This document shows positions 26,721-38,826 of a stretch of 64,000 nucleotides of DNA, piece by piece. Position 1 is the first letter of the stretch. Every line of letters begins with the position of its first letter. The notes beneath the pieces are model-generated. The model did no database searches. It worked only from the letters and a program-made list of their open reading frames with translations, and was not told the DNA's origin. A program made the position numbers and the translations under genes. Where the stretch lies: positions 4,716,110 to 4,780,109 of the forward strand of contig CM082584.2 in assembly GCA_040954595.2 (NCBI GenBank), read 5' to 3'. Source of the stretch: Balanoglossus misakiensis. Its lineage: Eukaryota; Animalia; Hemichordata.

Positions 26721-27294
26721 TTTTTCGCCATTTTGAGCGGCACATACCATTCAAAAACCACTCCGGAGGGGTAGTGCAACCCAAAATATTCAATGTTAAC
26801 ATCTTTTTTCGTGTTCAGCACGTTCTAAAGAACAAAAAAATACCCAAGTGGTAGGTTTATTGGGGGGGGGGGGTGCACGGTGGACCCCTCCAGCCCACGG
26901 ACTATAACACATCGATTGTGTTAATCGCTGCTATGAATTTGCATTTTCGTAGTACCGTCTGCTTGAATTTTCCTTTGCTAGGGTTACCATTATTACTTTT
27001 ATAACAGTCTCAGGAACCGATAAGTACCGAAACGACTGGGGTGTCGGGGCCGAACAGACCGGGGTCGTGAAAATTGGCGGCCGAAGCGACTGGAGGCGAC
27101 CGAGCAGTGTCACGCGTGTAGCTTTCTGTGCACAATCTTCCAAGCTGCCTTGCAATTTCCCTGTTCCTCAAACCTAGCCTATGCAGTATGGGGTGAGATC
27201 CCCGCCAAAACTAAACTAATTCGATTAATGCTTTTTGCTATTTAGTATTATTGACTATTTTTATCATTATTTGCTAAACATTTTATATTTGCAT

Positions 27295-27600
27295 AGATAG
27301 GTGCTGATTATTAGCAATCATGTGCTCAATTATAAGCAGATAAACGATTTAGCGCTGAATTTTTCAAAGCTTTATAATTAGGTGACGAATTATTAGTAGG
27401 TAAAATATTTAATGCTGAATTATTAGCACACTGCAGCTTTATGATTAGGTGCCGAATTTTTAGTAGGTGAAAAATTTGGTGCTGAGTTATTAGCAGCTTT
27501 ATGATTAGGTGCCGCATTATTAGTAGGTAAAATATTTGATGCTGAATTATTTTAGCAGCGTTATGATTAGGTGCCGCATTCTTAGTAGGTGAAAAATTAA
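27295..27600. repeat. ~50-bp degenerate minisatellite
   Basis: Recurring GCAGCTTTATGATTAGGTGCCG..ATTATTAGTAGGT. Confidence 0.75.
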
Positions 27601-27726
27601 CAACTTAATGTTCGTATGTATTGACCAATGAGAGCCATGTTTACAATAGGCCATGCCTGACCCTTTCCCTTTAGCGTAGCGCAGCCAGCGGTGGGATTGG
27701 GGCAGGAAACCAGACTATGCTCTAAA

Positions 27727-28998
27727 CAGTCCGGGTAATGTCCCAGGGTGGAATAGTAGGGATTGACCAATCAAATGTCATATATCTAATATGGGTCAAA
27801 GTTTTTGCGTTCGTTCGTTGATTTATTTCCTCAAGTGTGTTGGTTTGATCGAGATTTGCATTCCTCAAACGAAATCACGCTAACCAGAAGTGTTTCGTTT
27901 TGTGATACTTTAGTGAGGAAAGCTCATCCAGCGTGCCAGCATACAAAATGATGACCACAGTTTAATATGACTGACAATAACAAAATATATGGACGACTTC
28001 GAGGTCGTTTCATGGCCATGCATGGAGTAGCCCAGGCCCGGGCCCAGCGTAGCGTACGCGTACAGGCTACACGTCTGTCTGTTTTCGCGGCGTTACACGG
28101 CCTCCACCTCCGTTAGGAGAAGTTAATCGCATCATATTTGGATTTGGTTAGGAGGTATAAGGAGAAAGACAAAGGATTTTGCCCGATTAAAAATAAAATT
28201 TTGGCCGAAAAAGCTACGGGCCGCAGACGCATCGGTGTTGTCTATGGACCTTTGCAGAGCGGGCCGTGCAGGGCTGCGGTGGAGGCCGTGTAACACCGCG
28301 AACACACAGTCCGCACGCAGGGCCATGCTTGGTGATTCTTGATTTTTACAAGACATTATAATTTAGCCAAGGGAGTCTGGCATTAAGTCCATATACATGT
28401 AGTGAAATTAAACTCTGAGAAAGATTTAGCATAAGAGAAGTGGAAACGGGGTGACAGAGCTCCTCAGAACTAAAACTCCGGCAAGTGTCGAAGCAGGCCG
28501 ACTACACGTAAACAAACAGTTGAGTATGCATTGATATCGGAAAAAACGCGTACCATCGCGTACCATTCACCAATTTGAAAACTTGACCCCTCGTTGGAAA
28601 GCTCAGAAAATGCTCTCTGCCGTACACTCAAAACGGATTCTGATAAACCGCACGTAAATAGAGAATATTACGCGTTGAATCTCAGACTCTAAAATCCTTC
28701 TCGTAATTTCTCATTTTTGGGTGTCATACACAACAGGCAAAGTTGAAAAAATCGTCAGTCTTATTCGATTACAGCTCATGTTAGTCGCCATTTTATCAGT
28801 GGCAGACCATGCGGATGTTGTTTACATAGCCAAACTGCCTAATGCGTCAAAGTAAAGGGTCAAAAATCACTGAAAATCACCGTAAAAGCTTAGCGCAAAT
28901 GGTGATAAACTTGGGTGAGTAAATATTCATGACGTATCGCAATGGTGATCGCTGATTGGTCAATCCTACTATTCCAGCCTGGGACATTACCCGGACTG
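27727..28998. mobile_element. Non-autonomous TIR element with 5-bp TSD (hAT5-like)
   Basis: CTAAA|CAGTCCGGGTAATGTCCCAGG...CCTGGGACATTACCCGGACTG|CTAAA; TIR about 46 bp. Confidence 0.75.
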
Positions 28999-29593
28999 CT
29001 AAATTTAGACGGTGTCGATACTCATAGAACTCTTTGGCTGTTCCAACAATTGCACACTATAGCCCTGGAACTTAATAACATGTAATTGAATGTGAAAGTC
29101 ATCTACTACATATTTTCGAGGGGTGGGAAGTTAAAATGTATAGGCCAGCATGCAGTAATATCGGCCGTTTTCCCAGTGTTTTGACTGACGGTGCATGCAT
29201 TGCTATGGAGGCTTGGACGCGCATGTACTGGCCGGGTGGGCTGCTCACCAAGGGGTGATTGTCGCCCCCTGAACTTGTTACAAGGGGCGATTCAAGTGTA
29301 AAAGAGGGGGAATCACGCGATCGCGCGTCCTGGAGAAAACACTGATCGCCCGACGCGTACATTATTACTATACATCTTACATCTCCGTTAGTTCTTGTGT
29401 TGCATGTTACTTGGCTTTCAAAATGCCCAAAATGCTGATACAATCGATCGAAAACCGCTCAGTTGACTCAGTGAGCAACCATCTTTCTTTTTTGTTTATG
29501 TGCGTTGGAGAGGGGTGTCTTGAAACCGTCTGCATAACAGCGCATACCTGTACACAGTGAGTTGGGGCACCTTGAAACTTAAGGCATATTTAA

Positions 29594-29975
29594 GGATGTA
29601 CGTTCAGTAAAATTGAAAGTATTGTCATTCTTTTTAATTGTGGATTTTTGGATTCTCCTTTCTATGTATAATGAAAATCCGTAATAAAATATAGGGGTCA
29701 CCGCGCTTGTTTTTGAAATACGGAGCTATGAATTTGGTCGATAATAGAAGAAATCTGCTGACTCAGCATTTTTAACGCAATTTATCTCAAAATAGAGCGC
29801 GGTAACCCCTATATTTTATTTTACCAATGAATTTATATTTGCTGGACTTAGCTGTGTGTAAAATTTCGTGAAAATGACAATATTAGAAGTTTGTTTTCTG
29901 GCGATTATCAATGTAATCCTATGGGAAAAAGACGGGACGCGCAGTGTTTCCGGTTTATGTTCTGCGCGTACATCC
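29594..29975. mobile_element. Kolobok-like MITE
   Basis: TTAA|GGATGTACG ... CGTACATCC|TTAA. Confidence 0.65.
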
Positions 29976-30689
29976 TTAACACACATTCCGTATGTACCGT
30001 TCCGTACGGATTTATACCTTTGTATCTTAAAATGCCACTCCTTTGACTTTTGTTTGATATTCTGTGAAGTTAGAGAAAAATATTTTTGGACATCGAGATT
30101 TTGTTGTTACTTGCAAAAAGTCCTGGGCCTGGGGGATCGTGTACCTTAGAATTTTAAAGCACTTTGAGGGTTTTAAACTTGAAGTTTAGCATAGCACTAT
30201 CTATGCATTTCAAAATTCAATTGACTCCGTAGGGAACTGAATTCAATGGTAGTACTGTTTGCTAATATTTGAGTGTACTCAACAAAAGTCGCTATGCAGG
30301 TTCGTAGGGCAACGAACAAACCCACACTGTGATGCTAAAAACAATAATAATTAATCAACTGACTAACTTGCACGGTATTTGTATTGACAAGCCCACACTC
30401 ACCCTGTCCGAGCAAATATGCACTTCGCCCTACTTTCAATAAAAAAAAATCAAAATCAGGATTTCCCACAATGCTATGCAAACTAACGAATAAACGCACA
30501 CTACGGGCTGCCAGGCGCCAAATTTGATTTTCAGTAAGTCACCTTACCGGTGCTCATTTCCTTTTCACCAAATGCACTATATGTTTACTTCACCGTTTGG
30601 CACACGGGCATTACAGTGTACGCTGCTCGAGTTAACAGATACAAACAGGCGCAAATTATTTTGTCTACGCAATATTCCAAGAATCGTGA

Positions 30690-30815
30690 TCATTAAGCTT
30701 TGATACAAAGGGCATAAAAATATTACATGAAATTCATCCTCCACACCTCCTGTACATATTTCACAGATTCTGTCTTCAAAGTCAATGTTGGCATAGCTGC
30801 CTTCCTGGACTCTTA
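30690..30815 (-). mobile_element. LINE ORF2 C-terminal zinc-knuckle remnant
   Basis: EDRICEICTGGVEDEFHVIFLCPLY, the CxxC...EDExH...C motif typical of non-LTR retrotransposon ORF2 ends. Confidence 0.7.
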
Positions 30816-32848
30816 AGGTAGAGATGTAGGTTTTTTGCATTTTTTGAGTGATTTTTACTTTTTTCAATATTTCAAACCATTAGAATTTGCATTATTTTTT
30901 TATTAAAACAGTTTTACCGGGTCACATCCGTAAACATGTGTAAATTTATCAAAAGTAACATATTTTAAGAATTGTGTGTACAGTTATAAACATTCCGGAT
31001 TAACTGTTACCAGATTAGTGTTGGAGTTTGCTAACCAATTCACAGGAGCCCAGATATGCAAATCTGACTTTTCGAAAGTTAGGCTAGTTAACAGGAAGTT
31101 TGACAGGCGTGCTTTGTCTAGTGACTTCCAGCATGATGGTCAACTATGGCTTCCATCAGGGTTCGAACATCATGCTCCATGGCACAGACTTATTGACCGG
31201 ACATAGGGCAATGAAACACCCGCAAATGTACAATTACTAATTACATGTTTTTCCACGATTTTCCACTAATTTATGAACTTTTTGGAAATGCTCCATGACA
31301 GAACGTTTAGTTGTGACCAGTGTTGCTTGTCTCATCTTGTCGAGAAAGCTGTTGCTGGTGCAGCTTACAATGTCACAACCGTCGATAAACTGAACAACTA
31401 ATCCATTGCATGAAATAGGGGGATGTGTCAAGCGATGCCGATGCATAAATTTTCAGTTTTGAAACAGGAAGTTTGACAGGCGTGCTTTGTCTAGCGACTT
31501 CCAGAATGATGGTAAAGTATGGCTTCCATCAGGGCTCGATCGTCATGTTCCGTGGCATAGACTAATTTACCGGACACAGAGCAATGAAACTCCCGCAAAT
31601 GTACAATTACTAATTTTACATGTTATGGTAGGAGTGAGAAAATTAGATTAAAATGGGTTTACAGAAGTGTATACTTAACGGGCTTTAGTGTCGTTTGGAG
31701 AAGTTATCAGTGGCAGGGATTAACAGTCCCTTGTTTGCTGAATAAACAAACCAACCTCATTATTGTACTCTGTCCGTAATGATGTCGTTTTTTCCACGAT
31801 TTTCCACTAATTTATGAACTTGCAAAACGTTCTAGATGAAAATGACTTGGTCTAAAGTCTCTAGTATTATGCTACTTCATTAAAACATAACAAAGCAGTG
31901 AGTAAGTGCTATTTATGATCGTTTTTTTCCAACTGAAAGTGCCGTTCACACAAATTGTCGATTTTCTCTGTTCGGTTTTGGGCTCTGGAGTGCAACTTCA
32001 AAAGAGTGTAACTTAGCAACGCGTGCACAGATTGTTCTGATTTTTGGCCTGAGGAAGGGAACAATACCTGTCTCCAAACCCCACGAGCGGATTTCCAATA
32101 AAGTTGATAGAACAAAAGAAATCACCACACAAGTGAACAAAAGTCGATAATTTATGCAAAAATCGACAGTTGACACTTTAAAGGCTCATTGTTCGAAAAC
32201 AAAAGTGAATATCAAAATTCCATGACCCGGTATTTTTACCACTATACCCAGCTGTCGATTGCCGGTAACAGATCACCTGGAGGCATTGTCTTTTTTTATT
32301 GCCAAGCCTTTGAGTAAAAAAACTTAAAATCGTGTATTTTTGAGCAAAACGAGAAAGAGAACAAAAATTTTGGAAAATAAACCAGATTTTCATAAACTTC
32401 AAGTATAGAGCTAACAGAAAATATATAATGTGTTGGTGGGAAACATGAAATACAAGGAGAAAAAATCGATTAAAAACAAGTGTCATAAAAGGTACATCTC
32501 AACCTTAAACCAAGACATAAGCGAATATGGCCGCCACCGTGGGAAAATGCAAGAAACAATGAAAATGTTGCATTTCCAGTTATGAAACTTCATTAACAAA
32601 ACATGATCTCATGGAAGTAAATGTACACCACTGAGACATCAGATTTTCATTTTTCATTGCAATATTGCACTTTTTTTTTAAATTGCAGGAATTTTCGGTT
32701 TTCTTTAATTTTTGGCCATTTTGTCATAAATAAGTGTTGATCTTGACATATTATCATGAAATATCATTTAATAGACATCATTAAAAGCATATATGAGATT
32801 ATTTAAAACTTTAATTTTTTATCCAGTTGCAGCTCATGTAGCTTTAAG

Positions 32849-34825
32849 ATGCAAGTGAAGGTTTCCTTGGTCCTGTTTATATTGTTAAATATATTTACTT
32901 ATCAAGGTGAGTTTTATATTCTTATGGACGAGTTAATTCAAATAATATCTTGAAGAACACGAAATTTGTGGAAATGGAACCCATTCATTAATTTCTTCAT
33001 TCATTTAGTCAGTGGTTGCTTAAATGGTTGCTTAAACAAGGCAAATATGATATATGCGTATTGTTACCTTCTATTCGGCATATAAGAATTTCTGCACCAT
33101 ATTCATCTGCCATGTTTGTTGTTTAATTTTGCAGGACAGCTAAATGAATATGTGCAATCTGGTCATAGACAAGTCGTACAAGGTGATAACGTCATATTGG
33201 AGTGCAAGCTCAATAGTGCAGGGTCAGCGCCTCCACAATGGAATTACATCAAAAATGGAGAAATTTCTATTATTGCCGAAGGGAGTTCAATATTCGATGG
33301 CTGTTGTCAACTATACGAGAAGGACGGATATTATAACTTGCAGATTCATAGTGTTGATGTAGACAAACACGAAGGTACTTGGCAATGCACTCAAATAGAC
33401 GTGACTCCACAAAACAAGGAAACTTATCTAGAGATTATGGGTAAGTGATTAACAGCCTGAGCGCAATTGACTCTTTTAGGATTGCAAAGAAACTGTCAAT
33501 GACACATCAGAGGAATAGTTAGCAAATCAAAATAGAAAAATCGAGAAACCACATTATTTAGAGAAAAAGAAAAAAATGTACAAATGGTATAGGATTATAT
33601 TTCGTGAACTGGGTTAATTAAAATATTATTTTTGTAAATTGTATCCTTGATGGACATGCAACATTTTGAAAATATAACAAATTATTTGAAAGATAAATCT
33701 AATTTAATTCTGAAATTGTAAATTTTAGGATGCTTCCATAATCATGTAAAGATTTTTAATTAAATAACAACAGTAAAAAAGTGCAAACATCAAGTCGAAA
33801 AGTGCAGGAAAAAACACTATTTTTGTTTTCTATGTGCCTACAGTAAGAAAAAAATAGTGTCAACATTTCCAAATGTTTACTAGTAATAATTGTTGTGGTG
33901 ATCACCTTTATCACCGCAAGAATGTTGGGGAACAGATGAGTTAGAACATGACCATTTAATCTTCTTATGCTAGTTCCTGTCGCCAGTGTGAAGATATCTG
34001 AAGATCAGAACCAGACATTTACATGTGTAGCCGAAAGGGGCAAACCGGCAGCTACGATTCACTGGATTTTGAACAAGACAGTGACTGAGGATGAAGGGGA
34101 AGTAGTGGCTACCTATAGTAATGGAACCGCAGACAGCATGAGCAATTACAGTTTTTCCTCCTTCAATATAAGTAACTGTGATGACCAGGACATCGCCAAT
34201 CTGACGTGCAAAGCTGTTCAGTCATCTCCATTAGTAGGAACCAAGCTTGCCACCACGACAGTCTGTCTGAACAGGCCCCCAGGTATGTCAAATTTTCCTC
34301 ACTCATGGTTCACAATGGTCTATAGGCCTATAATAAGCAATCTGGTCTTGATAGGTCAACTTATCAGAAATTGATTAATTATCATTAGTATTACATGGTC
34401 CACTGTTTTATTACATTAACATATGTGACAACTTTAGTCTATTTGTATCCCTGCATATGAAGTAAACCACTTCTAGTCATTCTGCTCTGTTTGTGGGAGA
34501 TTAATAAACACTTAAGCACTAGTGATCAGTCATTTTGTAAATTTATAAGCGCCATTTTCTCACTGGTTCGGTGATAGGCATGGTTTACTCAGGAACACAG
34601 ATGATTCATCAACTTCAATGATATTATTTATCGAGTTTACATTAGTGGTTTGGTTTTACCCAGATCATGGTGATACCACAGTCGGCACATCTGCAACGAA
34701 CGTTGGTTTAATCATCGGCATACTAATCGCCAGCATCGCCATCATCGCCATCATCGTGGTGATTAAGAAGCTAAGAAAAGGGCAATATTTACGAAGGAAG
34801 TATTCTGTAACTCCAAGTAATCAAG
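32849..34825 (+). CDS. Single-pass Ig-superfamily protein (signal peptide, V-type Ig, C2-type Ig, TM); last exon uncertain
   Basis: Phase-1 exons 32849-32906 (MQVKVSLVLFILLNIFTYQG), 33135-33440 (VILEC...PQW...YNLQI...HEGTWQC), 33974-34282 (FTCVAERGKPAATIHW...LTC) and 34664-34825 (GLIIGILIASIAIIAIIVVI then KKLRK). Candidate terminal exons start at 35183 or 35366. Confidence 0.8.
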
Positions 34826-37168
34826 GTGAGAGACAAATACCTGTTTAGTAACATAGCTGATGTTATTTGTGCATTATTATACACAACAAGATATCTTGCC
34901 TTATTTTGAACAGTGTGCTGTTGGTTTTTTGGTATTAATATATGACAAGACAATTAAATGTTGAAATTAAAAGATTGAGCATCAAAAGAGACATTACAGG
35001 AGCAATATTAGAAGGGGTACCAGATACTATGGCAATCTTCTCAACCTCCATGCTGTAAAAGTTCGTACATTGCCACAAAGCAAAGAATTAGGGCAAAATC
35101 TGGAAAATCTGTGCAACAAGAATTGTGGATAAACAACGTTTCCGTCCCCTGACACATGCTACTCATTTAGTTTTATTGACAGTCCAACCCCAAGCATACT
35201 TGCTCAGACTCCAATAAGGAACATCATAGGGGACATAATGGAAACACAAATAAATACTATAACAATAGAATCAAGAAGTGATCACAGAAAACAACACTGA
35301 TTTAAACAACACATCCATTCATGGTGTTCCACCATTTTGAATTTGCTTTTGTGATGTGTTTCACAGATGGACATGAAGAAGTATAGGAATAAGAAGAGAT
35401 GCAACGATACGAGAAGTAAGGTGTGTTAAGATATGGGCCTTAGTCCATCTTTTTCCGCTGTCTTCTGCATGGCTGAGGACTAAACATATTTGACCAATTA
35501 CAAAAAGGATATTATTATACGATAGCACTCTCCCTAGACATGACATTTCATATTATTCACATGAAAAATAAATAGAATTGTTAATTTGCTTAGATATGGG
35601 GGACTTGTCAGACTACAATGAGGACCCCTTTGTCTTAAAACCATAAAGACGCTGTTTGGGATAACTCCCGGTAATGTGCCAAATTTATGTATGACCACTT
35701 CCTTCAGTCTGTTTCTTTAAGTATTATTGAATTGTTCACATCACACTTTTGATTTTTGGCCACAATAATTAACCCATACTAAGTTATTTTATAACTTTTC
35801 TTTAGTTACTTTACAGAAAATGTACTGAGATATTGCCTTCTGACTCTGCTCAACTGTGAAGCTTGTGGTACAGATGTGCTCACCACTGCCTGTACTTGTG
35901 TTGCAAAATTAAGAGTAAAAGTTGACGTAGTTTTAACTTGCTTTCAAACTGTACTACCATTAGTCCATGCAGATGAAGGCAGTGAACTATACACAAGCAT
36001 TATAAACCCTAAATATGAGTGCATATGCAAGTTTTAACCATATAAGTAATAAAGCTTTGCATTTCCGGTTATGAAACTTCATAAACAAAACATGATCTCA
36101 CCCACTTGAGCTCATGGAAGTAAATGTACACAGCTGAGACATTATGTTTTCCTTTTTCATTGGAATATTGCACTTTTTTTTAAAATTGCAGGAATTTTCG
36201 AAATTTCTTTAATTTTTGGCCATTTTGTCATAAATAAGTGTTGAGCTTGATATATTAATTTATCATGAAATGTCATTAAATAGACATAACTAAAAGCATA
36301 TATGAGGTTATTTAAAACTTTAATTTTTTATCCAGTTGGATGACTATTTACGATGTGAAGCTTTGATGACATTTTTTATTTATTATACAATGCTCAATCA
36401 AAAATATCTATCTGATTGATTTATATTGTGGATTGGCACAATTACATTTTGATACATATTTACATTTCTTTTCTTTATTACAACTGCGTCATGAGCATCT
36501 CGGAAAACTTTTACATGTTACTAGAAAAATTTACAGGTATGTATTAAAACACAAATACATTTACTTCCATGAGCTGGTGACTATTAACAATGTGAAGCTT
36601 TGATGACATTTTTAGGTCCCATTGGTATGTACCATGGGACCTTATGGGATCGGTTGCATCTGTATGTATGGATGTATGTCTGTATGTCCGTCCACATCAA
36701 AAACTTGAAAACCGCTGCGTGTATCACCTTGATATTTGGTGTGCAGATGCAGGCAGGGCTGTAAATGGGAGTTTGTTCAAATGTAGTTGTCATTCATAAA
36801 TATGTCTTTCTGTACCGGTGTCTTCCCTAATTCCTTAAAAGTCGCTAAGGTTAAACCTATCTTCAAGAAAGGAGAACAGAACATTGTTGGGAACTACAGA
36901 CCCATCGCCATTTTACCAATGTTCAGTAAAGTGGTAAACAAACAAGTGATTACTTACCTTGATAAATATAATATATTATATAAGCATCAGTATGGCTTTA
37001 GAAAGAACCATAGCACCAAGCTCACTTTGATTAACTTAGTTAACCACTTGTTAAAAGAAATTGAACACTACGGGTTTAGGGGCCCCTGCCAGCATTGGTT
37101 TAACAGCTACCTCACAGACCGCTCACAGTATGTCACATTAACCAGTCATGTTTCAGAAAAGTCTTTAA

Positions 37169-37673
37169 AGGCACATGAGCTGCAACTGGATAAAAAAATT
37201 AAAGTTTTAAATAAACTCATATATCCTTTTAATTATGTCTATTAAATGATATTTCATGATAATATATCAAGCTCAACACTTATATATGACAAAATGGCCA
37301 AAAATTGAAGAAAAACGAAAATCCCTGCAATTTTTAAAAAAGTGCAATATTGGAATGAAATAGGAAAATATAATGTCTCAACGGTGTTCATTTACTTCCA
37401 TGAGCTCAAGTGGATGAGATCATGTTTTGTTTATAAAGTTTCATAACCGGAAATGCAACATTTTCGTAGTTTTTTGCATTTTCCCACGGTGGCGGCCATA
37501 TTCGCTTGCGGCAAAGCTTTATTATTTATCTGGTAAGAACTTGCATATGCACTCATATTTAGGGTTTATAATGCTTGTGTTTAGTTCACTGCCTTCATCT
37601 GCATAGACTAATGGTAGTACAGTTTGAAACAAAAATTATGATAATCATCCCAAAAGTTGCAGCTTATGTGCCT
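37169..37673. mobile_element. Kolobok-like non-autonomous element inserted in the LINE
   Basis: TTAA|AGGCACATGAGCTGCAAC ... GTTGCAGCTTATGTGCCT|TTAA; removing it restores LINE ...KSLIHNGVPQG. Partial inverted copies at ~32520-32843 and ~35945-36340. Confidence 0.85.
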
Positions 37674-37833
37674 TTAATTCACAATGGAGTCCCACAGGGA
37701 TCAGTTTTGGGCCCAATCCTTTTCCTTATTTATATCAATGTCCTTCCAAATTCTTCTACATTTTTTGATTTCCGCTTATTTGCTGACGACTCCAATCTCT
37801 TCCATTCCTTCTCAGGATCAGATAGTATTAACT

Positions 37834-38474
37834 TTTATCATACATGCAACGCCTGTATTTGGCACTTTCTATTGTTCACTGAGTGCAATATATCTTCACT
37901 CCGCGTCTCGAACTATTTTTGAGAACGCACGGCACGACAGTTCGCTGCGCGTGCGAGCAACGTACGGGGCATAGGACGCTAGTGGAGAGGAGTGTTGTAA
38001 AATTTGGTTATTAGAAGTTGAAATAACGTTTTCAAAGCTGGCGGTTTTGCCATGTTGAATGTATCATTTTTACTTCTTCGAAATTCTCAATGCGAAATAA
38101 TTGTTAACATGATATTTTGAAAGAGAACGTAGACAATTTTATTTAGAATGCGGATGTGCCCATCGTAATGAAAGCTGCCAACCCCCTTAAAATGATACTA
38201 CGGCCCACACGTCATACGTCACAACATGGCTACTGCCGTGATCCCAGGGCGCACGGTTCAAATTTGAAATTGTTTTTCTCGGCGCATTTTCGCAAATCGT
38301 ACTGTTTTTTAGGTAGGCATGTATGATAAAGGGGTTATTACACGAATGTTGGTCGATAACGCGACGCATTCTCGTGATGTCCGTATTTTGACTCGTTGCG
38401 AAGCGCAACTCGTCAAAATACGGACATCACTCGAATACGACGCGTTATCGACAAAAATTTGTGTAATAACCCCT
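37834..38474. mobile_element. Unclassified non-autonomous element with a terminal hairpin, inserted in the LINE
   Basis: Inverted repeat TTATCATACATGC / GCATGTATGATAA, then a ~145-bp imperfect hairpin AGGGGTTATTACAC...GTGTAATAACCCCT; the LINE frame resumes after it. Confidence 0.65.
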
Positions 38475-38826
38475 AAGACTCATATATCCTCTTATTTAAA
38501 TGATGTTCAGCACTGGTGCAATGCCAACAAACTAACAATTAATAGGGCCAAGACTCACTTTATTATTTTTAGGGGTCGGCAGAAAAAACTTGATGTTCTT
38601 GGGTCACTGCAAATCCAAAATGAAGAAATCAAAGAGGTTGATGTGATACCATATTGGATAAGCATCTGTCATGGTCACATCAAATTAACAAAATAAATAA
38701 TCTCATTAGGAAGCACTGTGGAATTTTATACAAGATAAGAAATATTTTACCACTTCATATCAGAACTTTATATTACAACGCCTTCATACCCCCTCATGTT
38801 ACATATGGTCTTGAGGTTTGGGGCAA

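Larger units (their letters stand above)
19537..26904 (-). mobile_element. Academ superfamily DNA transposon (XPG-nuclease type), decayed
   Basis: Termini TAGTCCG...CGGACTA flanked by TAA on both sides; long inverted repeat 19803-20105 vs ~26320-26622; single large transposase/XPG-like reading frame on the minus strand. Confidence 0.8.
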
